A stretch of DNA of 30,548 nt, taken from an uncultured Clostridium sp. Its GTDB lineage: Bacteria > Bacillota > Clostridia > TANB77 > CAG-465. Positions 18,377 to 28,181 of this stretch are shown in pieces. The stretch covers positions 1 through 30,548 of the forward strand of contig USJA01000001.1 in NCBI GenBank assembly GCA_900554875.1, in the 5' to 3' direction. Within the stretch, counting starts at the first letter, position 1. Every line of letters starts with the position of its first letter. A program made the position numbers and the translations under genes. Below the pieces are notes generated by a model. It worked only from the letters and a program-made list of their open reading frames with translations, was not told the DNA's origin and made no database searches.

Positions 18377-18859
18377 TTATTTGCTACACCTTATTTTTAC
18401 ATACACAGTTTTAGTATTTGGATTTTCTGCCTCATATTCTAGATAAAATTTATTATATCCCTTTAGTTTTTCCTCTATCTGACTATTAGTCAAATTATCG
18501 TTACCTTCTGTTCCTAAATATATGTTTTCTCTATTATTTTCAAGTACAATACTAACATCATAATTTACATCTGCATTATTATTTGATTGTCCTCCATATA
18601 GATCTTTTTTTATATAGTTAAAATAGTATGATAGGACATCATCTCTAGTTAAAGGTAAAACCTGAGTATTACCATCATATATTTCTGTTCCATCACTTAC
18701 TGTATTTATAATTGAGCCATTAAAACCTTGTGAATATTCATAAGCTGAATTTGCATATCTATTAATACCTAAAAACAACATTATGGATAAACTCAAAGCA
18801 ATTACAAATATAAATACATAAGTTGCAGTGTATAACAAAGTATTTGTTGATTCATTCAT
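18377..18859 (-). CDS. Pilin-like protein
   Basis: Short acidic N-terminus, hydrophobic helix and small globular domain; lies in the Tad cluster. Confidence 0.65.
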   Translation of the reverse strand: MNESTNTLLYTATYVFIFVIALSLSIMLFLGINRYANSAYEYSQGFNGSIINTVSDGTEIYDGNTQVLPLTRDDVLSYYFNYIKKDLYGGQSNNNADVNYDVSIVLENNRENIYLGTEGNDNLTNSQIEEKLKGYNKFYLEYEAENPNTKTVYVKIRCSK

Positions 18860-18882
18860 TATATCATCGCTCCTATTCTACT

Positions 18883-19359
18883 TTATTTTATATAAAAACC
18901 TACAATGACATGTCCATCACTTAGCTTCATCACATAAGTGGTATATTTCTTATTTGCCTCATCTAAATTACCAACACTTAATCTACCTTCATCTTCTGTA
19001 ACATTTAAACTTCTATTTAAAGCCTCTATTGCATTCTTTGTATTTACTTTATTATTTTCTGCAGCATCCAATTTACGGTTATTATCTCCAACTACAGCTG
19101 ATATATTACTTGTTGTAACAATAACAGAGCCATTATCTATATACTTTTTTGCAGTATTTAATAAATCAAGTTTTGTTTTTACAGTGCCATCATACTCATC
19201 GAATTCATCAACAGCAGACTTAATTGAAGTATCTGTTTCATATACTTGCTTGTATACATTTATAATCTGGTTAACAGAATATAACACTGCACTTGCAATC
19301 ATCATTGTAACAATAAGACTAACAGCTATAACAAGAGCTTTATTTGACATATAATCCAA
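18883..19359 (-). CDS. Pilin-like protein
   Basis: MSNKALVIAVSLIV N-terminus and FDEYDGT motif matching the 128-aa pilin (AQKAIMIGVGLFI, FEQYNGK). Confidence 0.7.
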   Translation of the reverse strand: MDYMSNKALVIAVSLIVTMMIASAVLYSVNQIINVYKQVYETDTSIKSAVDEFDEYDGTVKTKLDLLNTAKKYIDNGSVIVTTSNISAVVGDNNRKLDAAENNKVNTKNAIEALNRSLNVTEDEGRLSVGNLDEANKKYTTYVMKLSDGHVIVGFYIK

Positions 19360-19392
19360 TGGTATGATTCACCTCCAAATCTATTTTATCAT

Positions 19393-20166
19393 CTAATCAA
19401 TATAACTATTTAAATTTCTGTACTCTTCCTCTTGAATTGTACCTCCATAATTTATATATACACGAGTATTATTCTCTGTACCACCAACTCCAAGAGTAAA
19501 TGCATTAAACAATACAGTAGCAATGGTAACATTTTCATTTCTAACTCTTACGTTAAATTCATCACCCTTATTCATCGTATATATTTTATTCTCATTATTT
19601 ATCTGAGATGTAATATTCCCTGAATCATCTTTACTTACATTATAATTTGCATACATATACGGAATAACTGGAATATCTTCTAAATTCATATTTGAATATT
19701 CAAAAGTTGTCATTTCAGAAAAAGGTTTTGTATCATCATTATTTTTAATAACACTTAATATCTGTTTTTCAGAATACTTTACTTCAGATGTACTATATGA
19801 CAACTTAGCATTAGTTGATGCAGGGTTACCATTGAGCCAATCAATATATTCTGAATAATCCTTTTTAAATTTTATCTCACCATTATCATTATATAAATAA
19901 TAAGCTGGAGTATATTTTTTTGAAACATGTTCCATTTTAACTTCATAAACATTTCCTGTAGATGAAAGCCTTGTAACAAAATCATTATACATTTCTTCTG
20001 AAATATATCCTTTTGCTGTTACATTATCAACAAAATTACTAGTTATTTTTAAAGCAAGAGAATATGATATATCATCTAATTTTTCAAAAGTAATGTAAAG
20101 TGGTAGTATAAAAAATATTAAAATAGATATTAATACTGAAAATACTCTTTGTAAATTATCGTCCAT
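19393..20166 (-). CDS. Minor pilin-like protein (paralogue of the N-terminus of 16888..18339)
   Basis: Shared motifs PLY..FE..DD.SY.L.LK.TS.F.D.V...GYI...MY..FV..L..TGNVY and YGG.I. Confidence 0.7.
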   Translation of the reverse strand: MDDNLQRVFSVLISILIFFILPLYITFEKLDDISYSLALKITSNFVDNVTAKGYISEEMYNDFVTRLSSTGNVYEVKMEHVSKKYTPAYYLYNDNGEIKFKKDYSEYIDWLNGNPASTNAKLSYSTSEVKYSEKQILSVIKNNDDTKPFSEMTTFEYSNMNLEDIPVIPYMYANYNVSKDDSGNITSQINNENKIYTMNKGDEFNVRVRNENVTIATVLFNAFTLGVGGTENNTRVYINYGGTIQEEEYRNLNSYID

Positions 20167-20183
20167 ATTCCCTCCTTATTTTT

Positions 20184-20672
20184 TTATTGTCCCTCTATTT
20201 CAATTAAAGTCCCAACTTTATCTCCGGTCAAATGTTGGTTTTCTGTACATTTAATTTTAAATTTTTGATCTAACAATATGTTATTCATAACATATTTATA
20301 ACTTGCTTCATCATGATTTATATTAAACCTTGAGTATGAAGTTGTAGCTTTTGATTTATATCCCTCATATACATCAATTACCTTCATTACCCTAATATTA
20401 ACTTCTACATCGTCTTTATCATAAAAATAATTAATAAGATTCTTAACATCTGCACCCGTAATATATGAATTTCCAGTAACATTTTCTGTTCCAGAAACCA
20501 AAAGATCTTGAATACTTTGTTCATAATTTGCAGCAAAATCTTGTCCACGCCCAACATTAGATGCCAACTGTTTTGCTGAGTTATAATACATTAAAACTGC
20601 TGAAATTGTAGCAACCGCAAGTAAAGTGCTTACACCTATTACAATAGCTCTAATTGGAGCACTTTCGTCCAT
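20184..20672 (-). CDS. Pilin-like protein
   Basis: APIRAIVIGVSTLL N-terminal helix; ITGADV matches MSGAQV of the 128-aa pilin. Confidence 0.7.
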   Translation of the reverse strand: MDESAPIRAIVIGVSTLLAVATISAVLMYYNSAKQLASNVGRGQDFAANYEQSIQDLLVSGTENVTGNSYITGADVKNLINYFYDKDDVEVNIRVMKVIDVYEGYKSKATTSYSRFNINHDEASYKYVMNNILLDQKFKIKCTENQHLTGDKVGTLIEIEGQ

Positions 20673-20789
20673 GATTTTACCACCTCACTTTAAATTTTAT
20701 ATATATAATATACACTTTAAGAAATTAATTTGCTTTAATTATACACGTTTTCCACATAAAATTAATTTTTTAAACTACATATTAGTAGT

Positions 20790-20831
20790 AAAGGTATATA
20801 ACTATATATTCGTATATAATTATATACCTTT
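20790..20831 (-). terminator. Hairpin just downstream of the putative major pilin (weak terminator or mRNA-stabilising stem)
   Basis: 12-bp inverted repeat aaaggtatataa / ttatataccttt 11 nt past the stop; no long T tract. Confidence 0.45.
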
Positions 20832-20842
20832 AAACTATGCCT

Positions 20843-21229
20843 TTAATTCCACTCTATTGTAACAGTTCCATTGTCTAAATCTTGTGTAACAGTTCCTGTA
20901 TACATTTTTGTAGCTGTAGCTGAAGTGGCATCGTTAATTTCAGCTGTAGTCTTTTTTTCTACACCACTAATCATAATTGTAATACTAGCTGCATCATCTC
21001 TATTTTTTAATTGAACAGCTGCTGTTCTTACTTGTGCTCCTGACATTTTTTTCCCATTATATTGTTCAAAAAGATCATTTTGTAAACTTGCAGATATACC
21101 ATTTACTTGAGCTTGACCTTTATTAAGTAGGTTTTGACCCATACCAGTTATTAACATTACGGCTGCAATTATAATGATTGTGATGAAAAGGCCAACACCA
21201 ATCATAATAGCTTTTTGTGCGTTATCCAT
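20843..21229 (-). CDS. Putative major pilin of the Tad-like system
   Basis: 128 aa; MDNAQKA then a long hydrophobic helix; first small gene after tadB/C; AAAGGGGG SD and downstream hairpin. Confidence 0.7.
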   Translation of the reverse strand: MDNAQKAIMIGVGLFITIIIIAAVMLITGMGQNLLNKGQAQVNGISASLQNDLFEQYNGKKMSGAQVRTAAVQLKNRDDAASITIMISGVEKKTTAEINDATSATATKMYTGTVTQDLDNGTVTIEWN

Positions 21230-21303
21230 AATTTATATATCCCCCTTTATACATATATAATATCCACCTAAATGGTGTGATATCCAATTTAATTATTGTC
21301 TTA

Positions 21304-23364
21304 CTAGAAAGACATCTTTGTAAAGTAATTCATCATTTGCATTATTGATACAATCATAAGTGGAGCTACTAGGTATCCACCTATAAGTAGTACCATTGGT
21401 GTAAATCCAAGTACTTTACCAATAGTTGTTTTCTTCTTGATTAACCTTTCGTTTCCTTCTTTTCTTCTTTCATAGAAGAAAGCTCTTTCCGTTTCTAGTT
21501 CATCAAATGCGTCCCTTATTGGTATTCTTTCAACCGCTGATTGTAATTGTTCTACAATTCTTTGGAAATCCTTGTAAGGTACGGCTTCTTTTAAATCTTC
21601 CAATGCCTCATATGCACCAGCTTCATAGTTATTTAAACAAGTTGAAATTGGTTCTTTGAATGCATAAGAGAACCTACACAACCATTCTAATATTGTTTGA
21701 ACATCAATTCTATCTATATACATAAGCATAAGAATAATTGACTGAAATTGCATTATTTCATTTTCTTTTTCCATTTCACGTATTTTATTACGTATAAACA
21801 ACATAACTGACGGTGCATAGTATGCAATAAATGCTAATATAAACGATGTAAGTACTTGCCAGAATTTAATATATGAATTCTTTACACTTTGTATTTTGTT
21901 ATATACTCTTGCTACCTCATCTGCATCAGCCTTACCCGTTACAGGATCGGTAAATTCCATTTCTAGTTGTTCCTTAGTTACATTTTTGTTTTTGTACTTA
22001 TCAATATATGTTTTGTCTCTTTCGTTAATTGCTTGTGCAGCTTGCTCCTGAGTTTCAGTAAGTTGTCCAAATGATAGAAATTCATCACTTATTTTTTCAT
22101 AAGTAGCTTTTATATCTATACGTGTTATATTAAACATTAGAATAAGTGCTAATATAAATGTGACAAAAGCTGCAGTTATTTTATTTACATATAACCATTC
22201 AATTGTAAGGTATGAATTTGTATTTTTGATAAGTATTGTTTCATTCCTATTTTTTCTTGTATGTGGTCTTGATTTAAATGCATCAACTATTTGTTTAATA
22301 ATAGGTACCTTGTATAATTTGTCCTGCCATCTTACACTAGCAACCCTATCAAATTTGATTTGTTCTGAATCTTCTTTTACAATTCTTAACATCAAATATG
22401 ATACAAATATTGATATTATAATTAATGATTGCATTATAAAACCAAAACTACTGTTATAGAAGTTTGAAAGTGCTGGGAAGTTTGATTCTGCCCAAGCTTG
22501 TAACGGCTTTATACATACAAGTGGTACTACTGCAATTACATTTAAACTTCTAAACATATAATTTATTTTATCTTGTTTTAATATTTCAAGGTAAATTTCT
22601 TGCAAAATATTGTTTAAGTTTTTTAGATAAACTGATGTACCATCAATTTTTCTATCACCTAAGTCATAAGTTAAATATGATATACCTGCAAATAATTTTA
22701 GAAATCTATTTGGTGCACTATCATAATACTTTTCTAGCTCTACCTCTGGATTATCTGAAATTATTGCTTCTTTAATACGTCTAAGTTGAGGTCCTATCTC
22801 TTTATCTCCAAGTTCATCTATAACTGTAGAAAATGCTTCATCAATCATCCCATGTTCATGGAACGCATGCCTTATTGTTGTAAATGCGTCTGGCATTTGT
22901 CTTAATATTTTATTTGAGACAGATGTTATACCAAGATCAATCATTTTTTCTGCTATAATTAGAACTCCAACTATAACAATTAAAGTCATATATAAATCAT
23001 TTACTAAATTTATTAATACAAATAATGATATGAATATGAATATTACTGCAAATAACATATATTTACCAGTTCTTCTTCTTAACTCATATTCCGTATAATC
23101 ATTTGTCATTTCAAGTTTTAATCTTGTCTTTTTTGTATAATATTTTATTACTGGCATTTTTACAAAAGTCATATATACTATTTGATATAGTCTATCTAAA
23201 ATATCTTTAAAACTAGACTTATTTTTTACCATTAAATTATCTTTTGCAAAAAGTGCTGAATTTTTTTTGTACTTATGTTTTATAATTCGTAAATACAAAA
23301 GTAAAACGAGTATCCCAATTAAAGAAAAAGCTAGTAAACCTATTGCAACATATGTAATATTCAT
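21304..23364 (-). CDS. TadB/TadC-like (T2SSF-family) membrane platform protein, apparently fused
   Basis: Multiple TM segments and two helical cytoplasmic repeats directly after the ATPase; I moved the start to ATG 23364 because it follows GGAGGTG. Confidence 0.75.
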   Translation of the reverse strand: MNITYVAIGLLAFSLIGILVLLLYLRIIKHKYKKNSALFAKDNLMVKNKSSFKDILDRLYQIVYMTFVKMPVIKYYTKKTRLKLEMTNDYTEYELRRRTGKYMLFAVIFIFISLFVLINLVNDLYMTLIVIVGVLIIAEKMIDLGITSVSNKILRQMPDAFTTIRHAFHEHGMIDEAFSTVIDELGDKEIGPQLRRIKEAIISDNPEVELEKYYDSAPNRFLKLFAGISYLTYDLGDRKIDGTSVYLKNLNNILQEIYLEILKQDKINYMFRSLNVIAVVPLVCIKPLQAWAESNFPALSNFYNSSFGFIMQSLIIISIFVSYLMLRIVKEDSEQIKFDRVASVRWQDKLYKVPIIKQIVDAFKSRPHTRKNRNETILIKNTNSYLTIEWLYVNKITAAFVTFILALILMFNITRIDIKATYEKISDEFLSFGQLTETQEQAAQAINERDKTYIDKYKNKNVTKEQLEMEFTDPVTGKADADEVARVYNKIQSVKNSYIKFWQVLTSFILAFIAYYAPSVMLFIRNKIREMEKENEIMQFQSIILMLMYIDRIDVQTILEWLCRFSYAFKEPISTCLNNYEAGAYEALEDLKEAVPYKDFQRIVEQLQSAVERIPIRDAFDELETERAFFYERRKEGNERLIKKKTTIGKVLGFTPMVLLIGGYLVAPLMIVSIMQMMNYFTKMSF

Positions 23365-23368
23365 ACTA

Positions 23369-25267
23369 TCACCTCCAAGCTGCATCTATGAAGTTATCAA
23401 AACTTCTTACATCTTCTGGTGACATATTATCTCTCATTGATTTTATATTTTCTTCACTTATTGGGTTTACAAATACATATTTTCCATCTTGCCATTCAAC
23501 AATATTTCTATATGTATAGTTACTTGTTTGTGTCATATGTTCAAAATACTCAACTGCATTGTCCATAAAGCTATCAAGTTTTTTGTCCATATCTTTTACT
23601 TTCCTATAATCATTGTTATATGAGAATTTTTTATCAAGAGGAATACACTCTGTTATTCTTTCTATATATCTTGTACCATCGCTTCCTCTTTTTAAATGTA
23701 TATCAAAGTTTATAACTGATACAACCTGTACTTCAGCTACATCTTCAGATTGGAACATACCAATTTTTAGAAGTGAGTTTCTAAGTGCAGTTATTAAGTT
23801 TGGAAAAGTTTTAGCATGGTGAGTAAATAGTGTAAATTTAGAGGCAACCTGTGCCATTTGAATCATCCAAGCAGCAACGGGATCTGTTGCAACCTCACCT
23901 AGGATATTAACTCCACCATCTGTTTTCTTTTGAACATCCAAACCTTCTTGTCCACTTATTGTTTCTGTCTCTCTTAAAGACAAAATATTATGATAAGGGT
24001 AAATTTTTCTTAAATGTAATTCAAATGCTGTTTCCTGTACACGAATAGTAATAGTTGGGTATAAATATTTCATTATAGCCATTAGTAATGTTGTTTTACC
24101 ACAACCCTGCTCACCTGTTATTGCAGTTACCCTTGCACCTCTTACTAAATATTTTAATAATTCAATTACATTTGCTTTATTTTCATGTATTAAAAGCTGT
24201 TCTGCAGATATAAGTGTTGGCGGAGCAAATTTTCTTACGAAGAATGCCCAAGATTCTGAGAAATTTGGACGTAAAACAACGATACGAGATCCATCTTTCA
24301 TTTCATTTATCTTGTAACCAACAGATTCAGATAACTGTCCAGGATTGTTATATTTATATATATTTTGACACACTCTTTTTAGTTCAGATTCACTACCAAA
24401 TGACAAGAAAGATAAATATGTAGATTTACCTTTATAGAATATCCAAACACTATCGTATGACATTGGAATTTTTCTTTCTTTCATTTGCTCTAAGTAATCT
24501 TCCATACCAACAACTTGATCCAAGAATGAAGGCGGAATACCAGATACACCACCAGATACACCATCTATATTCATATCACGAATATCATCTACAACGCTAT
24601 ATCCTTTGTATCCTTGATATACCCTTTGTACTACAATTTCCAATTTATCTTCAAAAGATAATGTATCAGGAGTTACTTCGTTTTGGAATATTTGATGTAT
24701 TTCTGCTGCAGTTATTACATAAGATGGAACTTCTGGATCAAACTCGTATTTAGGAACATCAAGATTATATTTTGTTATAATCTCAGTTAAAGCCTCAGCT
24801 TTATATTGTTTTTTATACAAGTGAAGCAAAATTTCAAATTCATCTTGTGGAGTTAACTCATCAAAATTATCAAATGAAATTGCATTACTTATATTTGAAT
24901 TGTTTACTTTGTATGTATTTCTTAATAAATCAAACATTAAAGTTTTTACATATTTTTTATCACTAGAATCTGCATATCCTGCACCTTTTAATGCTTTTTT
25001 TAGTTCATATTTAACATTTTTTCTTCTTTCAAATTCCTCTTCAGAAAGTGCCAAATCATAAAGATTCATTCTTGTGATTTCATCAAATTGTTTCTTTATA
25101 AATGCCTGCATATTAGGAATACTATACTTTTCTCTAGCTCTTTCAAACTCTGAACGTTTGCTATCATCGTCAGGTCCGCTTTTTTTTACCTTATATACTA
25201 TAAAGCCTACTACAAATGCAACAAGTAGAACTATAAGTATAATATTAAAAACAAATGCAACTGACAT
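23369..25267 (-). CDS. TadA/CpaF-like secretion/pilus assembly ATPase with N-terminal membrane anchor
   Basis: Walker A GEQGCGKTT, Asp-box-like QETAFEL, Walker B NILGE, His box FTHHA; FFVRKF. Confidence 0.88.
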   Translation of the reverse strand: MSVAFVFNIILIVLLVAFVVGFIVYKVKKSGPDDDSKRSEFERAREKYSIPNMQAFIKKQFDEITRMNLYDLALSEEEFERRKNVKYELKKALKGAGYADSSDKKYVKTLMFDLLRNTYKVNNSNISNAISFDNFDELTPQDEFEILLHLYKKQYKAEALTEIITKYNLDVPKYEFDPEVPSYVITAAEIHQIFQNEVTPDTLSFEDKLEIVVQRVYQGYKGYSVVDDIRDMNIDGVSGGVSGIPPSFLDQVVGMEDYLEQMKERKIPMSYDSVWIFYKGKSTYLSFLSFGSESELKRVCQNIYKYNNPGQLSESVGYKINEMKDGSRIVVLRPNFSESWAFFVRKFAPPTLISAEQLLIHENKANVIELLKYLVRGARVTAITGEQGCGKTTLLMAIMKYLYPTITIRVQETAFELHLRKIYPYHNILSLRETETISGQEGLDVQKKTDGGVNILGEVATDPVAAWMIQMAQVASKFTLFTHHAKTFPNLITALRNSLLKIGMFQSEDVAEVQVVSVINFDIHLKRGSDGTRYIERITECIPLDKKFSYNNDYRKVKDMDKKLDSFMDNAVEYFEHMTQTSNYTYRNIVEWQDGKYVFVNPISEENIKSMRDNMSPEDVRSFDNFIDAAWR

Positions 25268-25309
25268 ATTTTCACCCCTCTTATTTTTTATTTATCTTCT
25301 ATTTTTACT

Positions 25310-26125
25310 TTAATTTTCTTTAATCTTAGCCATTTCTACAATTTGATTTGTAATATTTAACGTTTGAAATATGAAATTCCCGTTATAATCCTTTGGATCA
25401 GCATTTATGTTTTTATATAAAAAATCAACAACAGCACCTGAATTACATGCATCTGCAAACATATAATTATGTGGTACAGTAAATATTGGATCTTTTACTC
25501 TATACTTCCATCTAATATTCATTACATTATACTTAGATGATTGTTCATAATCTGCAATTACAATTATTTTTTGCTTATCTTTTAGAATTTCATTTGTTGA
25601 TATAAAATTAAAGAAATTACTAAATTTTACAGCGTCCTGGTTTATAACGCACACAACGATTTCCGCATCAGATATTGTATCTTTAATAGTTTTTTTACTA
25701 AAATTTTTAGGCATGTCTACAAAAACTAAATCATATATTTCGTCTGCTTTTCTTGTCATATATGGAAGATTATTTATAATTTGATTATATCCATCAACAT
25801 CATCAGCATTCATTCCATATAAGACATCCAATCTATCTTTTAGTACTGGCTTTGCATAGTTTTGTATAGAATCTGCAGTAAGTTTATTACTTGAAACAAG
25901 TCTAATCAAAGCATTTATTCCTATATTTGAACTTTCAAAAACTCCACTTTGTTTAAGTTCATCATATGGTGTAAAAGAAGATTCCATTTTGCATGAATGG
26001 AAATTTGCTTGCATAAGCAAACTAGAAACTTTATGAGTCATACCCATTAGTGTACTTACTGCGACTGCCGTGTGAGTGTTTCCAGTCATACTTTCATATG
26101 GACTCCAAAATACAACTCTTGACAT
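25310..26125 (-). CDS. Degenerate ParA/MinD/CpaE-like protein
   Basis: VVFWSP....GNT, YDLVFVDMP, AEIVVCVINQ; lacks the canonical GKT lysine. Confidence 0.65.
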   Translation of the reverse strand: MSRVVFWSPYESMTGNTHTAVAVSTLMGMTHKVSSLLMQANFHSCKMESSFTPYDELKQSGVFESSNIGINALIRLVSSNKLTADSIQNYAKPVLKDRLDVLYGMNADDVDGYNQIINNLPYMTRKADEIYDLVFVDMPKNFSKKTIKDTISDAEIVVCVINQDAVKFSNFFNFISTNEILKDKQKIIVIADYEQSSKYNVMNIRWKYRVKDPIFTVPHNYMFADACNSGAVVDFLYKNINADPKDYNGNFIFQTLNITNQIVEMAKIKEN

Positions 26126-26127
26126 TA

Positions 26128-26841
26128 TTACTTCCTCCTTTTTATTTGAGTTAATACCTTTTTAGCATTAACATCTCCCATTATTTCTGCCGCAAGATCT
26201 GCAAGAATTGCCATATACAATTTAGAATGTTTTTTCGTTTCTATACTTCCACTAAATTGTGAATCTATATCTGCAAGTTTATCTTGTTCATCTAATGGAA
26301 CTTCATAATCTGGTTCTTTCCATTTTACTTCATATTCCTTTATTTTTTGGTCGAAATAATCATCTGCAGCCCTTGATATGTATGATTTATACAAAACTTT
26401 TGTCATTGCAAGTTCTGAACCACCTTCAGCATCAAATACTTTCATTGCCTTTATTATTTCCTTATTTTTTTCTATAGAAAGGACACTAGTATCAATAAAA
26501 AAGTACTTTTTATCGATACCTTTAGTCCTAAATAATTCATAAGATCTAGCACTATCCATATCGATAATCACAAAGTCATATTTATTTATATCAATACCTT
26601 GTTCAGAAGCGTAGCTCTCAACATCACGAATACTATCAAATCCAACAGCAAAATCTATATCGCTATATTGAGTTATATATGCCCTGCCCATATTACTTAG
26701 GGCAGGAACTATATATTTTAGTTTTCTATCTAGTGTTGCATCAACTACTAGTACTGATTTGTCCATTACATTAATTGCTTTTGCAAGATTCATAGCAAAG
26801 TCGTATTTATCAACATATCCAATTAATCCAATTACTTGCAT
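26128..26841 (-). CDS. Degenerate ParA/CpaE-like protein
   Basis: VIGLIG.VDK, SVLVVDAT, YDFVIID. Confidence 0.6.
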   Translation of the reverse strand: MQVIGLIGYVDKYDFAMNLAKAINVMDKSVLVVDATLDRKLKYIVPALSNMGRAYITQYSDIDFAVGFDSIRDVESYASEQGIDINKYDFVIIDMDSARSYELFRTKGIDKKYFFIDTSVLSIEKNKEIIKAMKVFDAEGGSELAMTKVLYKSYISRAADDYFDQKIKEYEVKWKEPDYEVPLDEQDKLADIDSQFSGSIETKKHSKLYMAILADLAAEIMGDVNAKKVLTQIKRRK

Positions 26842-26895
26842 TTAATTTCCTCCTTGTATAAATAATCTTTTGTAAAATTATAACTTATTCTTTTC

Positions 26896-27933
26896 TTACT
26901 CTTCAGTAGTTCCATTTAATAAAGCTGTTCTTTGATTTTGTTGAGTTGTTATAGAAGTTTGTGCTCCACTAACTATATTACTATAATTATCTTCATTATC
27001 AGATTTGTAACTACTTAATCCACTTTCAATTGTTCTTCTTGAATCTTCACTTAATTTTTCTTTTGCTTGTGATAGAATATTTTCATTTGTTTTCATAAGA
27101 TTCATAACTTGTGAATTTGGTTGGTAATTTTCTGAAACTCTAGTTGCTGCTGAAGCAAAGTTTTTATATTTTACAATTAAATCAAACATTTTCTCTGTAA
27201 ACTCATCAGCATCTGCATCTTGTAGAGTATCTAATTCTTTTTCGATTTCCTCAGAAACATATCCTTTAGCTGTCGTAGTTGCTTCTTCTGATAAATTTGT
27301 TTGTGATGTTGCATCTGTATATTTTGTCGCATATAGTTTTGAACCTTGGTTTAAATATGAATCAACTGTTGCACTGCTAAGTAACAATCTCTCATCTTCA
27401 GCCATATTTATCCAAAATGTTTTTCCAATAATATTTTCAACTTTCTTTTGAGCTAATACAACATAGTCTGTACCATTAGGGAACATTATTCTTATATCAA
27501 CATAATCTCCAATATTAAGATCAGTTGGCATAAGTACTGTATTTATTTCTTGAGATCTAACATCAGCAGCCACGATTTCAGATGTAACCATTGAACTTAG
27601 AACTGGAACATTTGCAGCAATATTATATTTTGCCACGCTTCCAACTACCTCATTTGTAGACTTTGCCGCACCATTTGGCACTGTATTTTTATTTATATTT
27701 TTGGCAATAGTTACCATGTCATTTGTTATGACCTCACCTTGGATTATATCCCTCTTACAAACAACAACATCTTGTGTGTATTTTTGATTATATCCCTTAT
27801 TCGTACCTTTTTCATAGCTCTTCATCGTACTAATAGACCACCATAATGTAAGTCCAATTCCAACAACACCAATAGCTGCACCAATAACAACTCCTTGCAT
27901 CATCTTCCTCTTAATTTGACTCATTCCTATCAT
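26896..27933 (-). CDS. SAF-domain CpaB/RcpC-like pilus assembly protein
   Basis: TM helix; SAF motif VVVCKRDIIQGEVITNDMV; L..GDYVDIRI.FPNG.DYVVL; I moved the start to ATG 27933 because it follows GGAGG. Confidence 0.8.
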   Translation of the reverse strand: MIGMSQIKRKMMQGVVIGAAIGVVGIGLTLWWSISTMKSYEKGTNKGYNQKYTQDVVVCKRDIIQGEVITNDMVTIAKNINKNTVPNGAAKSTNEVVGSVAKYNIAANVPVLSSMVTSEIVAADVRSQEINTVLMPTDLNIGDYVDIRIMFPNGTDYVVLAQKKVENIIGKTFWINMAEDERLLLSSATVDSYLNQGSKLYATKYTDATSQTNLSEEATTTAKGYVSEEIEKELDTLQDADADEFTEKMFDLIVKYKNFASAATRVSENYQPNSQVMNLMKTNENILSQAKEKLSEDSRRTIESGLSSYKSDNEDNYSNIVSGAQTSITTQQNQRTALLNGTTEE

Positions 27934-27995
27934 ATGTTTCAACCTCCAAATTATCATTTTTTTATGTTATAACTAAAATATAACTTATCGTATCT

Positions 27996-28024
27996 AGTAT
28001 ATATTTTTATACAAAAAAAATCAA
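27996..28024 (-). promoter_or_regulatory. Probable sigma-A promoter of the Tad-like operon
   Basis: TTGATT (28024-28019), 17-nt spacer, TATACT (28001-27996). Confidence 0.55.
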
Positions 28025-28126
28025 CACGTAGAGAAAAAAAATTATTTGAAAATTCAAAATGAAATATATTTGAAACATAAATGTAATTGTTATGAAATTT
28101 GCAATTATTTTTTAACATTTTATTAC

Positions 28127-28158
28127 AAAAAACGGCAGGAATAAATATTACTCCTGCC
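28127..28158 (-). terminator. Intrinsic terminator after the carboxypeptidase gene
   Basis: Stem ggcagga / tcctgcc followed by GTTTTTT on the minus strand. Confidence 0.75.
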
Positions 28159-28181
28159 TATATAATTTATATATTTACTAT

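Noticed and set aside
940..26477. All other plus-strand ORFs in the track (e.g. 1732..2127, 17369..18037, 18938..19354)
   Set aside because: They lie antisense to well-supported genes, have Phe/Ser/Leu/Ile-rich mirror composition and show no recognisable motifs.
8534..27933. Conjugative element or ICE, suggested by the VirB11-family ATPase and VirB2-like protein
   Set aside because: No relaxase, VirB4, coupling protein or integrase; CpaB and TadB/C-like genes point to a Tad-type system.
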